Below are positions 16,793 through 27,595 of a stretch of DNA of 64,000 nt, one piece after another. The notes under the pieces were generated by a model. The model had not been told where the DNA came from and searched no databases. It saw nothing but the letters and a program-made list of their open reading frames with translations. The stretch is taken from the IMG/VR virus record IMGVR_UViG_641201006_000001, positions 1 through 64,000 of that record; one strand, 5' to 3'. Source of the stretch: a virus (Duplodnaviria; Caudoviricetes). Each line of letters begins with the position of its first letter. Within the stretch, counting starts at the first letter, position 1. A program made the translations under genes and the position numbers.

Positions 16793-18739
16793 ATGGCGAG
16801 AAAAGTGTGGGGTCGTGGTTTTTGGTCACGTATATCTCTGATGTGGCGTGATGAAGACGACGATAAAGAACCACTAGTCCTCGAAGAATCCATGCAGTTA
16901 GGTGAAGCTCCCGGAGCGATGCCAAAAGGTGGAGGCGGCGGGGGTAGTGCAAAGCGTGACCCTAAGATGTCCCTCGTCAAAAGAATCGGTCTAGCTATCA
17001 TGGATGGTGGCGGTGGAGGTCGAGACTTTGAAGAACCCGAATTTGATTTCAATGAAATTACAAGTGCTTATAACACAGAAGGATATGTACGTCAGGCTGT
17101 CGATAAATACATCGAGATGATGTTTAAAGCAGACTGGGATTTCGTCAGTAAGAATCCAAATGCGGTTGAATATATCCGTATGCGTTTTACACTGATGGCA
17201 GAAGCAACGCAGATTCCTACGAATCAACTCTTCATCGAGATTGCGGAAGACCTTGTAAAGTATTGCAACGTCGTTATCGCAAAATCACGAGCGAAGGATG
17301 CCTTGCCGTTTCAGGGTATGAACGTAATGGGTGTAGGTGACAGTATGCCAGTTGCCGGTTACTTCCCGCTGAACTTAGCTTCCATGAAAGTGAAGCGTGA
17401 TAAGTTCGGTATGATTAAGGGTTGGCAACAAGAGCAAGAGGGTCAAGACAAACCGCAGAAATTCAAACCTGAGGATATTGTACATATTTACTACAAACGA
17501 GAAAAAGGTCGTGCTTTTGGTACACCGTGGTTACTACCTGCACTAGATGATATTCGTGCTTTACGTCAAGTAGAGGAGAATGTCTTACGTCTAGTCTACC
17601 GAAACTTACATCCATTATGGCATGTAAAGGTCGGACTCGAACAAGAGGGCTTCGGCGCAGAAGAGGGCGAAGTAGATTTAGTTCGTGGTGAGGTAGAGAA
17701 CATGGATGTTGAAGGTGGGATGGTAACGACGGAGCGTGTAAACATTTCGTCTATTGCATCTAATCAAATCATCGACGCTAAAGAATACCTGAAACATTTC
17801 GAACAACGTGCCTTTACGGTACTAGGCGTGTCCGAACTGATGATGGGTCGTGGTGGTACTGCTTCCCGTTCAACAGGCGATAACTTATCTAGTGATTTCA
17901 AAGATAGAATCAAAGCCCTGCAAAAAGTTATGGCGACATTCATCAATGAGTTCATGGTAAAAGAAATCTTGATGGAAGGCGGGTTCGATCCCGTACTAAA
18001 CCCTGACGACAAAGTAGAGTTTCGATTCAATGAAATCGACATGGATTCCAAGATTAAACTTGAGAATCAGGCAGTGTTCTTGTATGAACATAATGCTATC
18101 AGTGAAGATGAGATGCGAGAACTTATCGGACGAGATCCAGTTGACGATGGCGAAGGTAGAGCGAAGATGCACTTACAAATGGTTACTATCGCACAGGCTA
18201 CTGCACTGGCGGCTCTTGCTCCAACACCAGCAGGTGGTTCATCTGCATCGGCGTCAGGAGACAAGAAGAAGAAAGCAACCGACAACAAAACCAAGCCGAC
18301 AAACCAACACGGTACAAAGACATCTCCTAAGAAACAAACCAATGGTCGTCATGTACGATACATGCAGGAGATGCTCTTAGAATATACAACGCTGAATGAA
18401 GCAATCAAGGCGCTGATTGAACGCTACTACCAATACGGTTCTAAGGAACACTTAAAATCTATCAACGGTTCTCTTATGTATACAGAGGGACGCTTGTTAG
18501 AACTTACGACTCAATACTGGGGCGAAGAGGTAACCGAAAAGGTTCGTATTCCATTCCATCGTATGACAGAAAATCTTCGTGAAGAAGTCATGTCAACGAT
18601 TGATAAAGTGGAGGGTGTAGCAGAAGCATCTGATATTGCACAAGCAGTGTTTGATGTATTCACAGACCGTTTGGGACACATCTCAAACGAAGCATTTGCA
18701 ATTTCAGAATCACTTGCGGAGGTGAATGGCGATGGATAA
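16793..18739 (+). CDS. Portal protein
   Basis: Position between terL and protease; PEDIVHI...AFGTPWL, VLGVSELMMG, ISEDEMRELIG motifs typical of portals. Confidence 0.9.
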   Translation: MARKVWGRGFWSRISLMWRDEDDDKEPLVLEESMQLGEAPGAMPKGGGGGGSAKRDPKMSLVKRIGLAIMDGGGGGRDFEEPEFDFNEITSAYNTEGYVRQAVDKYIEMMFKADWDFVSKNPNAVEYIRMRFTLMAEATQIPTNQLFIEIAEDLVKYCNVVIAKSRAKDALPFQGMNVMGVGDSMPVAGYFPLNLASMKVKRDKFGMIKGWQQEQEGQDKPQKFKPEDIVHIYYKREKGRAFGTPWLLPALDDIRALRQVEENVLRLVYRNLHPLWHVKVGLEQEGFGAEEGEVDLVRGEVENMDVEGGMVTTERVNISSIASNQIIDAKEYLKHFEQRAFTVLGVSELMMGRGGTASRSTGDNLSSDFKDRIKALQKVMATFINEFMVKEILMEGGFDPVLNPDDKVEFRFNEIDMDSKIKLENQAVFLYEHNAISEDEMRELIGRDPVDDGEGRAKMHLQMVTIAQATALAALAPTPAGGSSASASGDKKKKATDNKTKPTNQHGTKTSPKKQTNGRHVRYMQEMLLEYTTLNEAIKALIERYYQYGSKEHLKSINGSLMYTEGRLLELTTQYWGEEVTEKVRIPFHRMTENLREEVMSTIDKVEGVAEASDIAQAVFDVFTDRLGHISNEAFAISESLAEVNGDG

Positions 18740-20195
18740 AAATAATTTAACACTAGAAGAACAGTTTAAACATGGTATGATAGAACCGGGGCAACCAATT
18801 AAGTTCAATCAGACAATTGAATTACAATTCCAAGATGGACAGATTGCTGACCTAAAAGAATCATATCAACAAATCAATCTTACAGAATCGTCTACAGGGA
18901 AGAAGAACGAAAAGAAACATTTGATTGTAACAGTAGAGGGTATCCATACTGGTATGACGAAGAACATGACGTTCTATCCCGGCAGTGCATTAGAGGAAAG
19001 CGTACCGACTTGGACGGCTCCTCATTACAAACCTGTACTGAAAAATCACAACGTTTCTACTGAGCCTTTAGGAAGAATTATCGGCGCAGAGTATGTTGAG
19101 TCTACCCTTACGGACAAATATACGGTAAGATTGAAATTAAGAGTAACTGATCCGGATGCAATTGAGAAATTGATGGATGGTCGTTACCTTACATTATCTG
19201 TTGGTGGCTCTGCAAAACGAGTGAACTGTAGTATCTGTGGTAAAGACCTGATTCAAGAAGGTTGGTGCGGTCATGCTCGTGGTCGTACGTACGAAGGAAA
19301 ACAAGCACACTGGACAATAGGTAACTATACTGGTGATGAGATTTCATTCGTAAATATGCCAGCAGATGTATACTCACAAGTTATCGCTGTAGAGATGGTA
19401 ACAGGCGAAGGAGGGAAGAACATGGATGGGAAGAATACGGAAGGCACTCAAACGGGCGCTGAACAAACACCTGAAAACCAAACTCCCGCATCGCAAACCG
19501 AAGGAAGTATTATCGACAACTTACTAGGTGGCGAAGGAGAAGGTGCAACTCAAACTCAAGAAGGTGACAATCCTGAGAGTGGCGAAGCTGGAACACAAGT
19601 TCAAGAAGGCGCAGGTGCTACTGATCCTGAACCGGAAACTGGTGGACAAGCAGAAGAAACACTTGAAGAGAAAGTTGCTCGATTAGAGGGCGAACTTACA
19701 GAAGCAAACGAACAAGTAACTGCAATCACAAAAGAACGTGATAACGCACTTGCGGAAAATGCTACTCTTACTGCACAACTAAGTGAGAAGGATGCACACA
19801 TCAAATCAGCAGAGTCAGAGCGTGATAGTTTCAAAGAGCAAGCTATTACTCTTGCGAAATACTCTCGTAAACACTTAGCTGAACGTGTGGCTGATCTTCG
19901 CATCTTCAAAGGCAAAGAGCAAGCGGAAAACCGCGAATCACTTGTTGCCGAGTGGTCAACATCTAGTACGAAAGTGTTAGAATCTCAAATCACTGACTTA
20001 CTAGCGGCTCCTCGTCAAATCGCTACCGTTCCAAATCCGGGTCTTGCTGTTACAGATAACAACAGCATCTTGGTTGATGATAATGGTAACGAAGTACATA
20101 CAGAAGAGTCTACACCGGCTGCTAACAAACCTAAGATTAAAACATTAGGTGACTTAACAGAAGGTATGACGAAATTCATGACTCGCAAAATTTAA
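18726..20195 (+). CDS. Prohead protease with C-terminal scaffold
   Basis: PVLKNH..EPLGR, LSVG, EISFVNMPAD protease motifs; CSICG..CGH insert; acidic linker and coiled coil. Start may be ATG 18732. Confidence 0.9.
   Translation: MAMDKNNLTLEEQFKHGMIEPGQPIKFNQTIELQFQDGQIADLKESYQQINLTESSTGKKNEKKHLIVTVEGIHTGMTKNMTFYPGSALEESVPTWTAPHYKPVLKNHNVSTEPLGRIIGAEYVESTLTDKYTVRLKLRVTDPDAIEKLMDGRYLTLSVGGSAKRVNCSICGKDLIQEGWCGHARGRTYEGKQAHWTIGNYTGDEISFVNMPADVYSQVIAVEMVTGEGGKNMDGKNTEGTQTGAEQTPENQTPASQTEGSIIDNLLGGEGEGATQTQEGDNPESGEAGTQVQEGAGATDPEPETGGQAEETLEEKVARLEGELTEANEQVTAITKERDNALAENATLTAQLSEKDAHIKSAESERDSFKEQAITLAKYSRKHLAERVADLRIFKGKEQAENRESLVAEWSTSSTKVLESQITDLLAAPRQIATVPNPGLAVTDNNSILVDDNGNEVHTEESTPAANKPKIKTLGDLTEGMTKFMTRKI
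19422..20195 (+). CDS. Nested in-frame scaffold protein (internal start)
   Basis: GGAGGG SD before in-frame ATG 19422 (MDGKNTEG), exactly at the protease/scaffold boundary. Confidence 0.7.
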   Translation: MDGKNTEGTQTGAEQTPENQTPASQTEGSIIDNLLGGEGEGATQTQEGDNPESGEAGTQVQEGAGATDPEPETGGQAEETLEEKVARLEGELTEANEQVTAITKERDNALAENATLTAQLSEKDAHIKSAESERDSFKEQAITLAKYSRKHLAERVADLRIFKGKEQAENRESLVAEWSTSSTKVLESQITDLLAAPRQIATVPNPGLAVTDNNSILVDDNGNEVHTEESTPAANKPKIKTLGDLTEGMTKFMTRKI

Positions 20196-20214
20196 TTACT
20201 AGGAGGCAATACCG

Positions 20215-21309
20215 ATGGCTATTTTTGAAGCAGATGCACGTCGTAAGCCGGGTACACGTTCTAATACGAAACTTGTAGTATCTGGCGGTTCTTCACCAGC
20301 AGGACAATGGGTCACTGACCCTAACTTACCAATGTTATTCCACTATGATTATGGTGGGCCGGGACAAAAAGAAGTAGTAGTATCAAAAGGTTTACTAGTA
20401 GGGGTTGCTCCTCAACGTTACCTAGACGATGCACTAGGATATAAAAAGAATGCTTTAACAATTGCGACTGACAAGATTCGTCCAATTGGTATGGCTCCTT
20501 ATAACTTTACAAAACACACTCGTGACTTCTTAGATGGTAACCAACCTTCTATCATCACTCGTGAATATGTAGAGTTACCATTGATCCGTAACGCAGATGA
20601 CGCTGCCGAAGTTAAATGGGGCGCTGCTTACAATACAGCAGGTGCAGAATTACAACCAAATGATTTAGTTACTTGGAGCCGTGATACTCACAACTTCGGT
20701 AAAGTAATCAAGTGGGATGAAACAAAACACTCTGTTGCTGACATCATCGGACAAGTTGGGGAAGTCGAAGACGACCAAGAACCGTTCGGTTGGTTAAAGT
20801 GGGCAATGTGGGATGAGGCTGCTCGTCGTCAAGACGAAGGGCCGGGTAACAAATCAGGATACAACGCACCGGGCGATGAGGGTTACCCTTACGATCCTGA
20901 GTATGTTCGTCTTGGTAAAAACGGTGAGAATGGTTACTTAGATCAATACACTACATTAAACGATGCACAAGGTATTCCGGGATTACTTGATGGTCGTAAC
21001 AAAGCGTTAACACCACAAACCCGTGACTTCACTGTTGGAACTATTCCAGCAGACGGTACGATTGCACAATTCAACTTAGGATTGAAAAACGTAATCGAAG
21101 GTACGGTTAAAGTGTTCGTTGATAACATTGAAGTACCTCGTGACCGTTACACAGTTGACTACGGTCGTGGCGCATTAAACTTCATCGGTAACGTAGCTGA
21201 TAGCGGCAAGCCAATGAAAGTAGACTTCCGTGCAGAGTTCTTCGGTACTCCTGCTGGATGGGATCACAAAGGTGCTGTAGCAGCAATTCGTATCTTACTG
21301 AAAATGTAG
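20215..21309 (+). CDS. Head decoration / capsid accessory protein
   Basis: Between scaffold and major capsid; beta-rich with C-terminal VKVFVD...YTVDYGRG module. Confidence 0.75.
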   Translation: MAIFEADARRKPGTRSNTKLVVSGGSSPAGQWVTDPNLPMLFHYDYGGPGQKEVVVSKGLLVGVAPQRYLDDALGYKKNALTIATDKIRPIGMAPYNFTKHTRDFLDGNQPSIITREYVELPLIRNADDAAEVKWGAAYNTAGAELQPNDLVTWSRDTHNFGKVIKWDETKHSVADIIGQVGEVEDDQEPFGWLKWAMWDEAARRQDEGPGNKSGYNAPGDEGYPYDPEYVRLGKNGENGYLDQYTTLNDAQGIPGLLDGRNKALTPQTRDFTVGTIPADGTIAQFNLGLKNVIEGTVKVFVDNIEVPRDRYTVDYGRGALNFIGNVADSGKPMKVDFRAEFFGTPAGWDHKGAVAAIRILLKM

Positions 21310-21380
21310 TTCGGAGGGAGTTCGCTCCCTCTCAATTCTGACAATGACAATAGGGTAACCTATTAAGGAGGATATACATA

Positions 21381-22562
21381 ATGGAGAACTGGTTAAAGCA
21401 ACTTAAAGAGTCAGGCTTTACAGAAACACAAGTACAAGAGCAAAAGAGTTTACGTACACGCATGGAGCGTGGCGAAACATTAGCGGAAGCTGATGCAAAC
21501 AAGTTAGCTCTTAACGAGGAAGAGACACAAATCTTAGAATCATTCGCTAAAATGATGGAAGGCGAAACGCCAACGAACGAAGTAAACTTACGTGAGTTCA
21601 TGGCTACTCCATCAGCACAAATTTTAATTCCTCGTGTAATCGTAGGAACTATGCGTGAAGCTGCTGAACCATTATACATTGGTACAAAAATGCTTCAAAA
21701 GATTCGACTTAAATCAGGTCAATCAATGATCTTCCCTAGTATCGGAATCATGCGTGCTTACGATGTAGCCGAAGGTCAAGAGATTCCAGAAGACAGCATC
21801 GACTGGCAAACTCACGAGTCTCCTGAGATTCGTGTAGGAAAATCAGGTATTCGTCTTCGCTTCACTGATGAAATGATCTCTGACTCTCAATGGGACTTAA
21901 TGAGCATGATGATTAAACAAGCAGGTCGTGCAATGGGTCGTCACAAAGAGCAAAAAGCGTATCACCAATTCCGTTCTCACGGACACACTGTATTCGATAA
22001 CTACAGCACAAACAAACTTGCTCATACAACGGGTCTTGATAAGAACGGTGTACAAAACGATACATTCTCTGCGGAAGACTTCTTAGACTTAATCATCGCA
22101 GTAATGGCAAACGAGTACACTCCATCTGACTTAATGATGCACCCGTTAGCATGGACAGTATTCGCTAAGAACGAATTAATGGGTAGCCTACAAGCTAATC
22201 CTTACGGCAACTACCCAGCGAAAGGCGCTCCAAGTTCAATGGCGTTAGGCCCTGATTCAATTCAAGGTCGTCTACCATTCAACTTCAACGTGAACCTTTC
22301 ACCATTCATTCCATTAGACAAGAAGTCTCGTCGCTTCGATGTATATGCTGTTGACCGTAACAACGTCGGCGTATTACTGGTACGTGATGACCTTAAAACT
22401 GACCAATGGGATGAGAAAGCTCGTGGCTTACAGAACATCAAGATGATCGAACGCTACGGCATCGGTATCCTAAACGAAGGTAAAGCAATCGCTGTTGCGA
22501 AGAATATCTCAATGGATAAATCTTACGCAGAGCCAATGTTAATTAAAAACGTAGGTAACTAA
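21381..22562 (+). CDS. Major capsid protein (HK97 fold)
   Basis: 393 aa, strongly biased codons, strong SD; VAEGQEIPE, K.G....TDEMISDS, LMMHPLAW, ERYGIGILN motifs. Confidence 0.92.
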   Translation: MENWLKQLKESGFTETQVQEQKSLRTRMERGETLAEADANKLALNEEETQILESFAKMMEGETPTNEVNLREFMATPSAQILIPRVIVGTMREAAEPLYIGTKMLQKIRLKSGQSMIFPSIGIMRAYDVAEGQEIPEDSIDWQTHESPEIRVGKSGIRLRFTDEMISDSQWDLMSMMIKQAGRAMGRHKEQKAYHQFRSHGHTVFDNYSTNKLAHTTGLDKNGVQNDTFSAEDFLDLIIAVMANEYTPSDLMMHPLAWTVFAKNELMGSLQANPYGNYPAKGAPSSMALGPDSIQGRLPFNFNVNLSPFIPLDKKSRRFDVYAVDRNNVGVLLVRDDLKTDQWDEKARGLQNIKMIERYGIGILNEGKAIAVAKNISMDKSYAEPMLIKNVGN

Positions 22563-22574
22563 TACACCTAATTG

Positions 22575-22606
22575 CTAGGGTGCTAGGCTTCTAGCACCCT
22601 AGTTTT
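22575..22606 (+). terminator. Rho-independent terminator after major capsid gene
   Basis: Perfect 12-bp stem CTAGGGTGCTAG-GCTT-CTAGCACCCTAG then TTTT. Confidence 0.85.
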
Positions 22607-22633
22607 ATATCTAAATGAGGAGAGTGCTGAACA

Positions 22634-23140
22634 ATGGCAGAAGTACAAAACGTAGAACAAAAGGACATTCTATTTGCATTAGGTCGTGGGTATAATGGTT
22701 TCTATTGCCCTGAGTCTGGATTCCATCTTATCGGTGTAGTTCGACCTCAAGGTTTCTGGCCGAAAGGTTTCCCATTAACAGATGATGCAAAACGTGCGCT
22801 TGCTGGCGGTACGATTGTTGATGTAAACAAAGTATTAACGGAAGAAGATATGAAGTTTCGTATCCACGGATCGACTCCAACTTCATCCGCTGATCGCAAG
22901 AAGATTCAACAAATCCAAGCCGAAGAAGTAATCGCTGAACAAGGTGAAGAACCTGTTGCTGTAGATAAAGAGAAGAATGTTTTATCTGAGCCAGACATCG
23001 ACACTGCTACAAAGAAAGAGTTAGATGCATTCATGAAAGAGAACGAAATTACTCTTGAAGGTGTAAACTCTCGTACAAAATTAGAAGACTTACAAGAAGC
23101 TCTTAAAGTACACTTCGGTTACAAAGAAGCTGCTAAGTAA
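22634..23140 (+). CDS. Hypothetical protein with C-terminal HeH/Rho-N-like helical motif
   Basis: TKKELDAFMKENEITLEG...TKLEDL. Confidence 0.75.
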   Translation: MAEVQNVEQKDILFALGRGYNGFYCPESGFHLIGVVRPQGFWPKGFPLTDDAKRALAGGTIVDVNKVLTEEDMKFRIHGSTPTSSADRKKIQQIQAEEVIAEQGEEPVAVDKEKNVLSEPDIDTATKKELDAFMKENEITLEGVNSRTKLEDLQEALKVHFGYKEAAK

Positions 23141-23160
23141 TCTATAAGGGGTGAACCTAC

Positions 23161-24156
23161 ATGGCAGGAAGACCTACCATCGTATCGCTTTCACCTACGA
23201 AATATCAAAAGTCTGTGCCGATAAGTACATCTATCCGTGCGGACTTTAGTATTGACCTCGACTCTCGCTATATCGACGGGAACGTCTTTATGACAGACGG
23301 CAAAGGTCAACGTGTTGATATTCGAACTTCATACCGTGCGAAGGCGCTGACTGTCATGCCGCTCCAACCTCTTAGTATGGGTACGACGTATCAAGTAACG
23401 TTCGTAGGTGATTCGAACTTAGATGATGATGTGAAGCAAGGACTTCGAAGTATCATCGGAGACTGCATGGGTGGGAATGAGGTATTAACCTTTACTACCG
23501 AAGTCGATGAGTCTCTTACAGTTCCCGAAGTATTGCTACCGGTACAAGGTGCAGTATTAAAAGCAAAGCCTACGTTCAAATGGAATCCAGTAAATACAGC
23601 GAAGGGGTATCATATTGAAATATCCAAAACCAATACGTTTGCCTCGCTGATCTATCCGAAAGAACAACAAGTCATTACAACGACAGAACTTGACGTCGAT
23701 GTTGTAATGGAAGATGGATTATACTACTGGCGCATCCGTTCTGTTCGTAATGATGGAGCGACGGGAGAATGGAGTAAGGCTTACCAGTTTAACATAGATA
23801 CACTCGAAGAAGGAAAGGTATCAGAAGAAGACGATGACTCTGCGACTGATGATTTCCTTGAGTATGATGAGAACGACTTTGAACTTGAGATTGTTGAACG
23901 ATTCCCAAAAGAACTAGAAGCGTTAGTTCCTACGAACATTAAATGCATGTTCTTCCGAATCATCGGCAAGTTCGATTTAAAGTTAATCACTCCTGACAGC
24001 ATTACATTAACAGGTCATCACATTTCAGGTGACTTCCAAGAAGAATCACATGGTACTGTCAAAGGCGACATTACAGTGGTTCAATCAAAAGATGGTACGT
24101 CGTATATTATTTTTACGCCGGAACCTATCCCTGATAAAGAGGCAGGTGAGGTATAA
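23161..24156 (+). CDS. Virion protein with Ig-like (Big_5-like) and FN3-like domains
   Basis: PTIVSLSP...LTVMPLQPL..GTTYQV; FKWNPVNTAKGYHIEI...YYWRIRSV..GEWS. Confidence 0.8.
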   Translation: MAGRPTIVSLSPTKYQKSVPISTSIRADFSIDLDSRYIDGNVFMTDGKGQRVDIRTSYRAKALTVMPLQPLSMGTTYQVTFVGDSNLDDDVKQGLRSIIGDCMGGNEVLTFTTEVDESLTVPEVLLPVQGAVLKAKPTFKWNPVNTAKGYHIEISKTNTFASLIYPKEQQVITTTELDVDVVMEDGLYYWRIRSVRNDGATGEWSKAYQFNIDTLEEGKVSEEDDDSATDDFLEYDENDFELEIVERFPKELEALVPTNIKCMFFRIIGKFDLKLITPDSITLTGHHISGDFQEESHGTVKGDITVVQSKDGTSYIIFTPEPIPDKEAGEV

Positions 24157-24587
24157 TGGGTGTTGTACAGAACTATAACGTCGGTGGATGGATAGATGAG
24201 ATTAAGAAGATTAACTTCCCGCCTCATTTATTCCCACGTAAAATGCGCCCCTATGTGAAAGGCTTCAAGATTGAAGTCCCTGCTTTGCCCGGTATCCATT
24301 CCGTTCAGTATATGTGCGAAGAAGACATGGAGTTGATTAACATCTCTCTAGCGTGTTCCGGTTACAAGGACGGCGACTACTGGGAAGCATACACAACCGA
24401 ACCCGGCAAGAAAGAGTATTGCGCAGTGGAAACAATGCCAACACGAGAACTTGCTGAATCTATTAACATGGGTAACGTGCTTTACATCGTTCACCGATTA
24501 CCAAAAGGTAGTATGGTACGATTTGATTTTCATAACACATCGGGAACCAGTAAAACGGTTTGGCCGTCTTTACGATTCCTAAGATAA
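24156..24587 (+). CDS. Putative virion structural protein
   Basis: 143-aa beta-rich ORF, translationally coupled. Confidence 0.8.
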   Translation: MGVVQNYNVGGWIDEIKKINFPPHLFPRKMRPYVKGFKIEVPALPGIHSVQYMCEEDMELINISLACSGYKDGDYWEAYTTEPGKKEYCAVETMPTRELAESINMGNVLYIVHRLPKGSMVRFDFHNTSGTSKTVWPSLRFLR

Positions 24588-24605
24588 TCAAAAGGAGTGA
24601 AATAC

Positions 24606-27575
24606 ATGTCATCATTAAAACGTGCAAAGTGGATTGAAGGTATTACCCAGTCTAAACGTATTTTACGTGATATGGCTGAAATCTTAACAACTGCAATTCG
24701 TGATGAAGAATCAGTTGTACCCGAAGAGAACTGGAGCCTTGTGTATCCACGACCATTCTCTGATGAGAAGTTAACTCGTACTCGCATGATGCAAGATACA
24801 ACAAACAAACGTAAGTATGTCCCTGTTGCATCTCGTACTGACCGTGGTACATTAGTTGGCACAACTGCTATGAAACTAACAGAAAAAGAACCTGTAGAAT
24901 CTAGCATTGTTGTGAAGAGTGAAGATGGTTCTGTTACATATACGGTAACGAAGGACTATACATACAATAAAACAGAGAAGAGTATTGTGCGTACGGCTGC
25001 TTCTACTATCCCTGATGGTAGTAAAGTACAAGTCATCTATGATGCGAAATTGTTTGCTATCTTAGATACAGTACCAGTTATCGTAGAGAAATCATTAAAG
25101 ATTGCGGAACCAAACCGTGAGCTTGCTCGCTCTACATACAATATTGATTATGCTGGAAAGCGTATCATGTTCTTAGGCGATGCTCCTGCTGATGCAGAAT
25201 ACTTCGCATTAACATTCACTGAGGTTACTGGTACATATGACCGTATCGAACGTGAACTATTACGTCTTGAAAAAGACTTACTAGATCCGGACGGACGTAC
25301 ATTCCGATTACCAGCAGGATACGGCGAAATCGCACAAACTCCTGATACTCGTGAAGTAGCCGGAACAATCTCTGGTGGCGCACTTGGTTCTAACGGTAGC
25401 GGAAATATCCAATACACATTAGACGGTAAGAATCACACAGTGAAATTCACAACTGGTTCTAAAACGTTACTAGAAACACAAACACTTTACATCAACTGTT
25501 CAGAGTATACGGACGCTTCTAAGTCTGCGACTCGTAAGATTCGTGTACAGCTTGCAATTGATACAAGTGATAGCACAAACAAAACGTATAAACTTGTTGG
25601 TACATTCAATGAGTTAAACGATGGTGAAGCTCACAATGTTGAGATTGTCACTCAAACAACTGCACCTGCTTTATTCAAGCATCTAAGTTCTTTACATGCT
25701 GGATATGAGTTAGTTGCATCTGATGAAATCGTTGTAGATTACAAAGGTTGCGTTATTACAACAATCCCTGAAATCACAGATGACTTAGTGGCTACATTCA
25801 CTGCACGTCGTGAAGATGATGTAAAAGCAGGTCTTGAGCGCATCAAGGATCGTGTTGTATTAAAAACAACTACGAAGCCGGAACAGGAATATAAACCAGT
25901 TATCGGTGACCAGTATGGTGCAAAAGATACAGCGAAGGAATTAACAATGTACGTTGAGATTGTAAAACCTGAACGTCTTGTCAATCCTGAGACTGGTCTA
26001 GAACGCTACAAGAACTGGAAAGGTGTTATGGTTCAGACTGGTGCAAACAATCACTACATTCAAACTCGTATGTTTGATGCATGGGATGATGCACAACAAA
26101 AACCAAAAGATGCTGTATACGATAAAGACGGCAAGCTAACAGAGAAAGGCGCATTCGTTTCAGACTGGACGAAGTTCTCTTGGTTCAAAGACTGGAAAGA
26201 ATACATGGTCGATGAGTTAGATGATGACGCTGGTATCAGTGACGTATCTGATGGTATCGTATTCCAAGAAGTTGTAACGCAAGGTATGACAGAAGAGTTC
26301 CCGATTCAGTTCTGGATTTCTACAAACAATAACCGTGCTGCTGTTGTGTTAATGGGTGACCCTACTCTTGACCAAGATAACTTCTTAACATCATTCGGTT
26401 ACTTAGGACGTATTCATCCGTTCTACGACTCACAATGTGTTGTGAAGAAAACAGAAGACGGACAAATCGTTCTTGACCAAAAAGGCGACCCAGTTGTAGA
26501 AGAGAAACGTACGTACTTCGAAAACGACGTTGCGGGTAACTTCGCAATGACATTCGGTTCATCTACAATGCCAGCCGCTATCGGTACACCACCTCGTGGA
26601 TTGCCATTAGTAGAAGGTATCGAGCTGAACGTTGATCGCTCTACTTCTCCTGCAAAACCAATCGTTGGTGAGTTATACGATAAGACAGTATTCTCTTACG
26701 TTATCTCTTACTTAACAGAGGTTGGGGAATCTAAACCAACTGCACTTGACGGCGCACGCTTAGTTGTTCCTGCTGGTACAGTGACAAAAGGTGCTGTAAA
26801 TCCGGAACAAGGTATCAGCGTTAAACTTCGCTTCCGCTTACCGGATGAAGCAACTGGTTACCGTATCTATCGTTACCACAATGCAGGTGTAACTTCATTT
26901 GGTTCTGATGCGAATAAATACGAAAACCACAAACTTGTAACGTCTGTTGAAAAACTAGACCGCTCAAGAATAATTGAATACATTGATGAAGGTACTGCGT
27001 TACCAATGGCGGAAGCAAAAGTAAATGCTTCTGATGGAACGAAGACATTCACATTACTTACTGATTCACTAAACGTGTTCTACAAAAATGTACAGGCTGC
27101 TTCTAATACTGCTCGTTCATTCGAGGCAGTACGTCGTGACCTTTACACTGGTGCAATCATGGATGTGAAGTTCTCGAACAAGTTTGGTAAAGATACAGGT
27201 ACAGGCGTAAATGATATTATGATGTATCAAACACGCTCTGGTCTGAAATACCAACGTCACCAAGCTGCATTCATTACGACAGAGGAGTTTATGCGTAAGG
27301 AAAAATCAGGACAGTCTCGCTGGACTGGTAAGTTCCACTTATCTCCGATCTACATCGAACACAGCTACGATAAACAACGTGGTTGGTTAGATGGTGTAAT
27401 GGCAGTAGACGATAGCGGTATTGAGCATTTGGATGAATTAATCGTAGACAAAGATACGCCAGAAGAAGAAGTGTACAAGTTCTTCCGTATCAATGCACCG
27501 TTTAGCTTATTCAATAACTCACCAAACTACGGATACGGCATTGCCATCATCAAATCATCTTTAAAGTGGAAGTAA
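24606..27575 (+). CDS. Large virion structural protein (fibre candidate)
   Basis: ~990 aa, high-expression codon usage, repeated beta modules; AAGGAG SD before ATG 24606. Confidence 0.8.
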   Translation: MSSLKRAKWIEGITQSKRILRDMAEILTTAIRDEESVVPEENWSLVYPRPFSDEKLTRTRMMQDTTNKRKYVPVASRTDRGTLVGTTAMKLTEKEPVESSIVVKSEDGSVTYTVTKDYTYNKTEKSIVRTAASTIPDGSKVQVIYDAKLFAILDTVPVIVEKSLKIAEPNRELARSTYNIDYAGKRIMFLGDAPADAEYFALTFTEVTGTYDRIERELLRLEKDLLDPDGRTFRLPAGYGEIAQTPDTREVAGTISGGALGSNGSGNIQYTLDGKNHTVKFTTGSKTLLETQTLYINCSEYTDASKSATRKIRVQLAIDTSDSTNKTYKLVGTFNELNDGEAHNVEIVTQTTAPALFKHLSSLHAGYELVASDEIVVDYKGCVITTIPEITDDLVATFTARREDDVKAGLERIKDRVVLKTTTKPEQEYKPVIGDQYGAKDTAKELTMYVEIVKPERLVNPETGLERYKNWKGVMVQTGANNHYIQTRMFDAWDDAQQKPKDAVYDKDGKLTEKGAFVSDWTKFSWFKDWKEYMVDELDDDAGISDVSDGIVFQEVVTQGMTEEFPIQFWISTNNNRAAVVLMGDPTLDQDNFLTSFGYLGRIHPFYDSQCVVKKTEDGQIVLDQKGDPVVEEKRTYFENDVAGNFAMTFGSSTMPAAIGTPPRGLPLVEGIELNVDRSTSPAKPIVGELYDKTVFSYVISYLTEVGESKPTALDGARLVVPAGTVTKGAVNPEQGISVKLRFRLPDEATGYRIYRYHNAGVTSFGSDANKYENHKLVTSVEKLDRSRIIEYIDEGTALPMAEAKVNASDGTKTFTLLTDSLNVFYKNVQAASNTARSFEAVRRDLYTGAIMDVKFSNKFGKDTGTGVNDIMMYQTRSGLKYQRHQAAFITTEEFMRKEKSGQSRWTGKFHLSPIYIEHSYDKQRGWLDGVMAVDDSGIEHLDELIVDKDTPEEEVYKFFRINAPFSLFNNSPNYGYGIAIIKSSLKWK

Positions 27576-27595
27576 GCTAAAAGGAGAGTGCAGGA

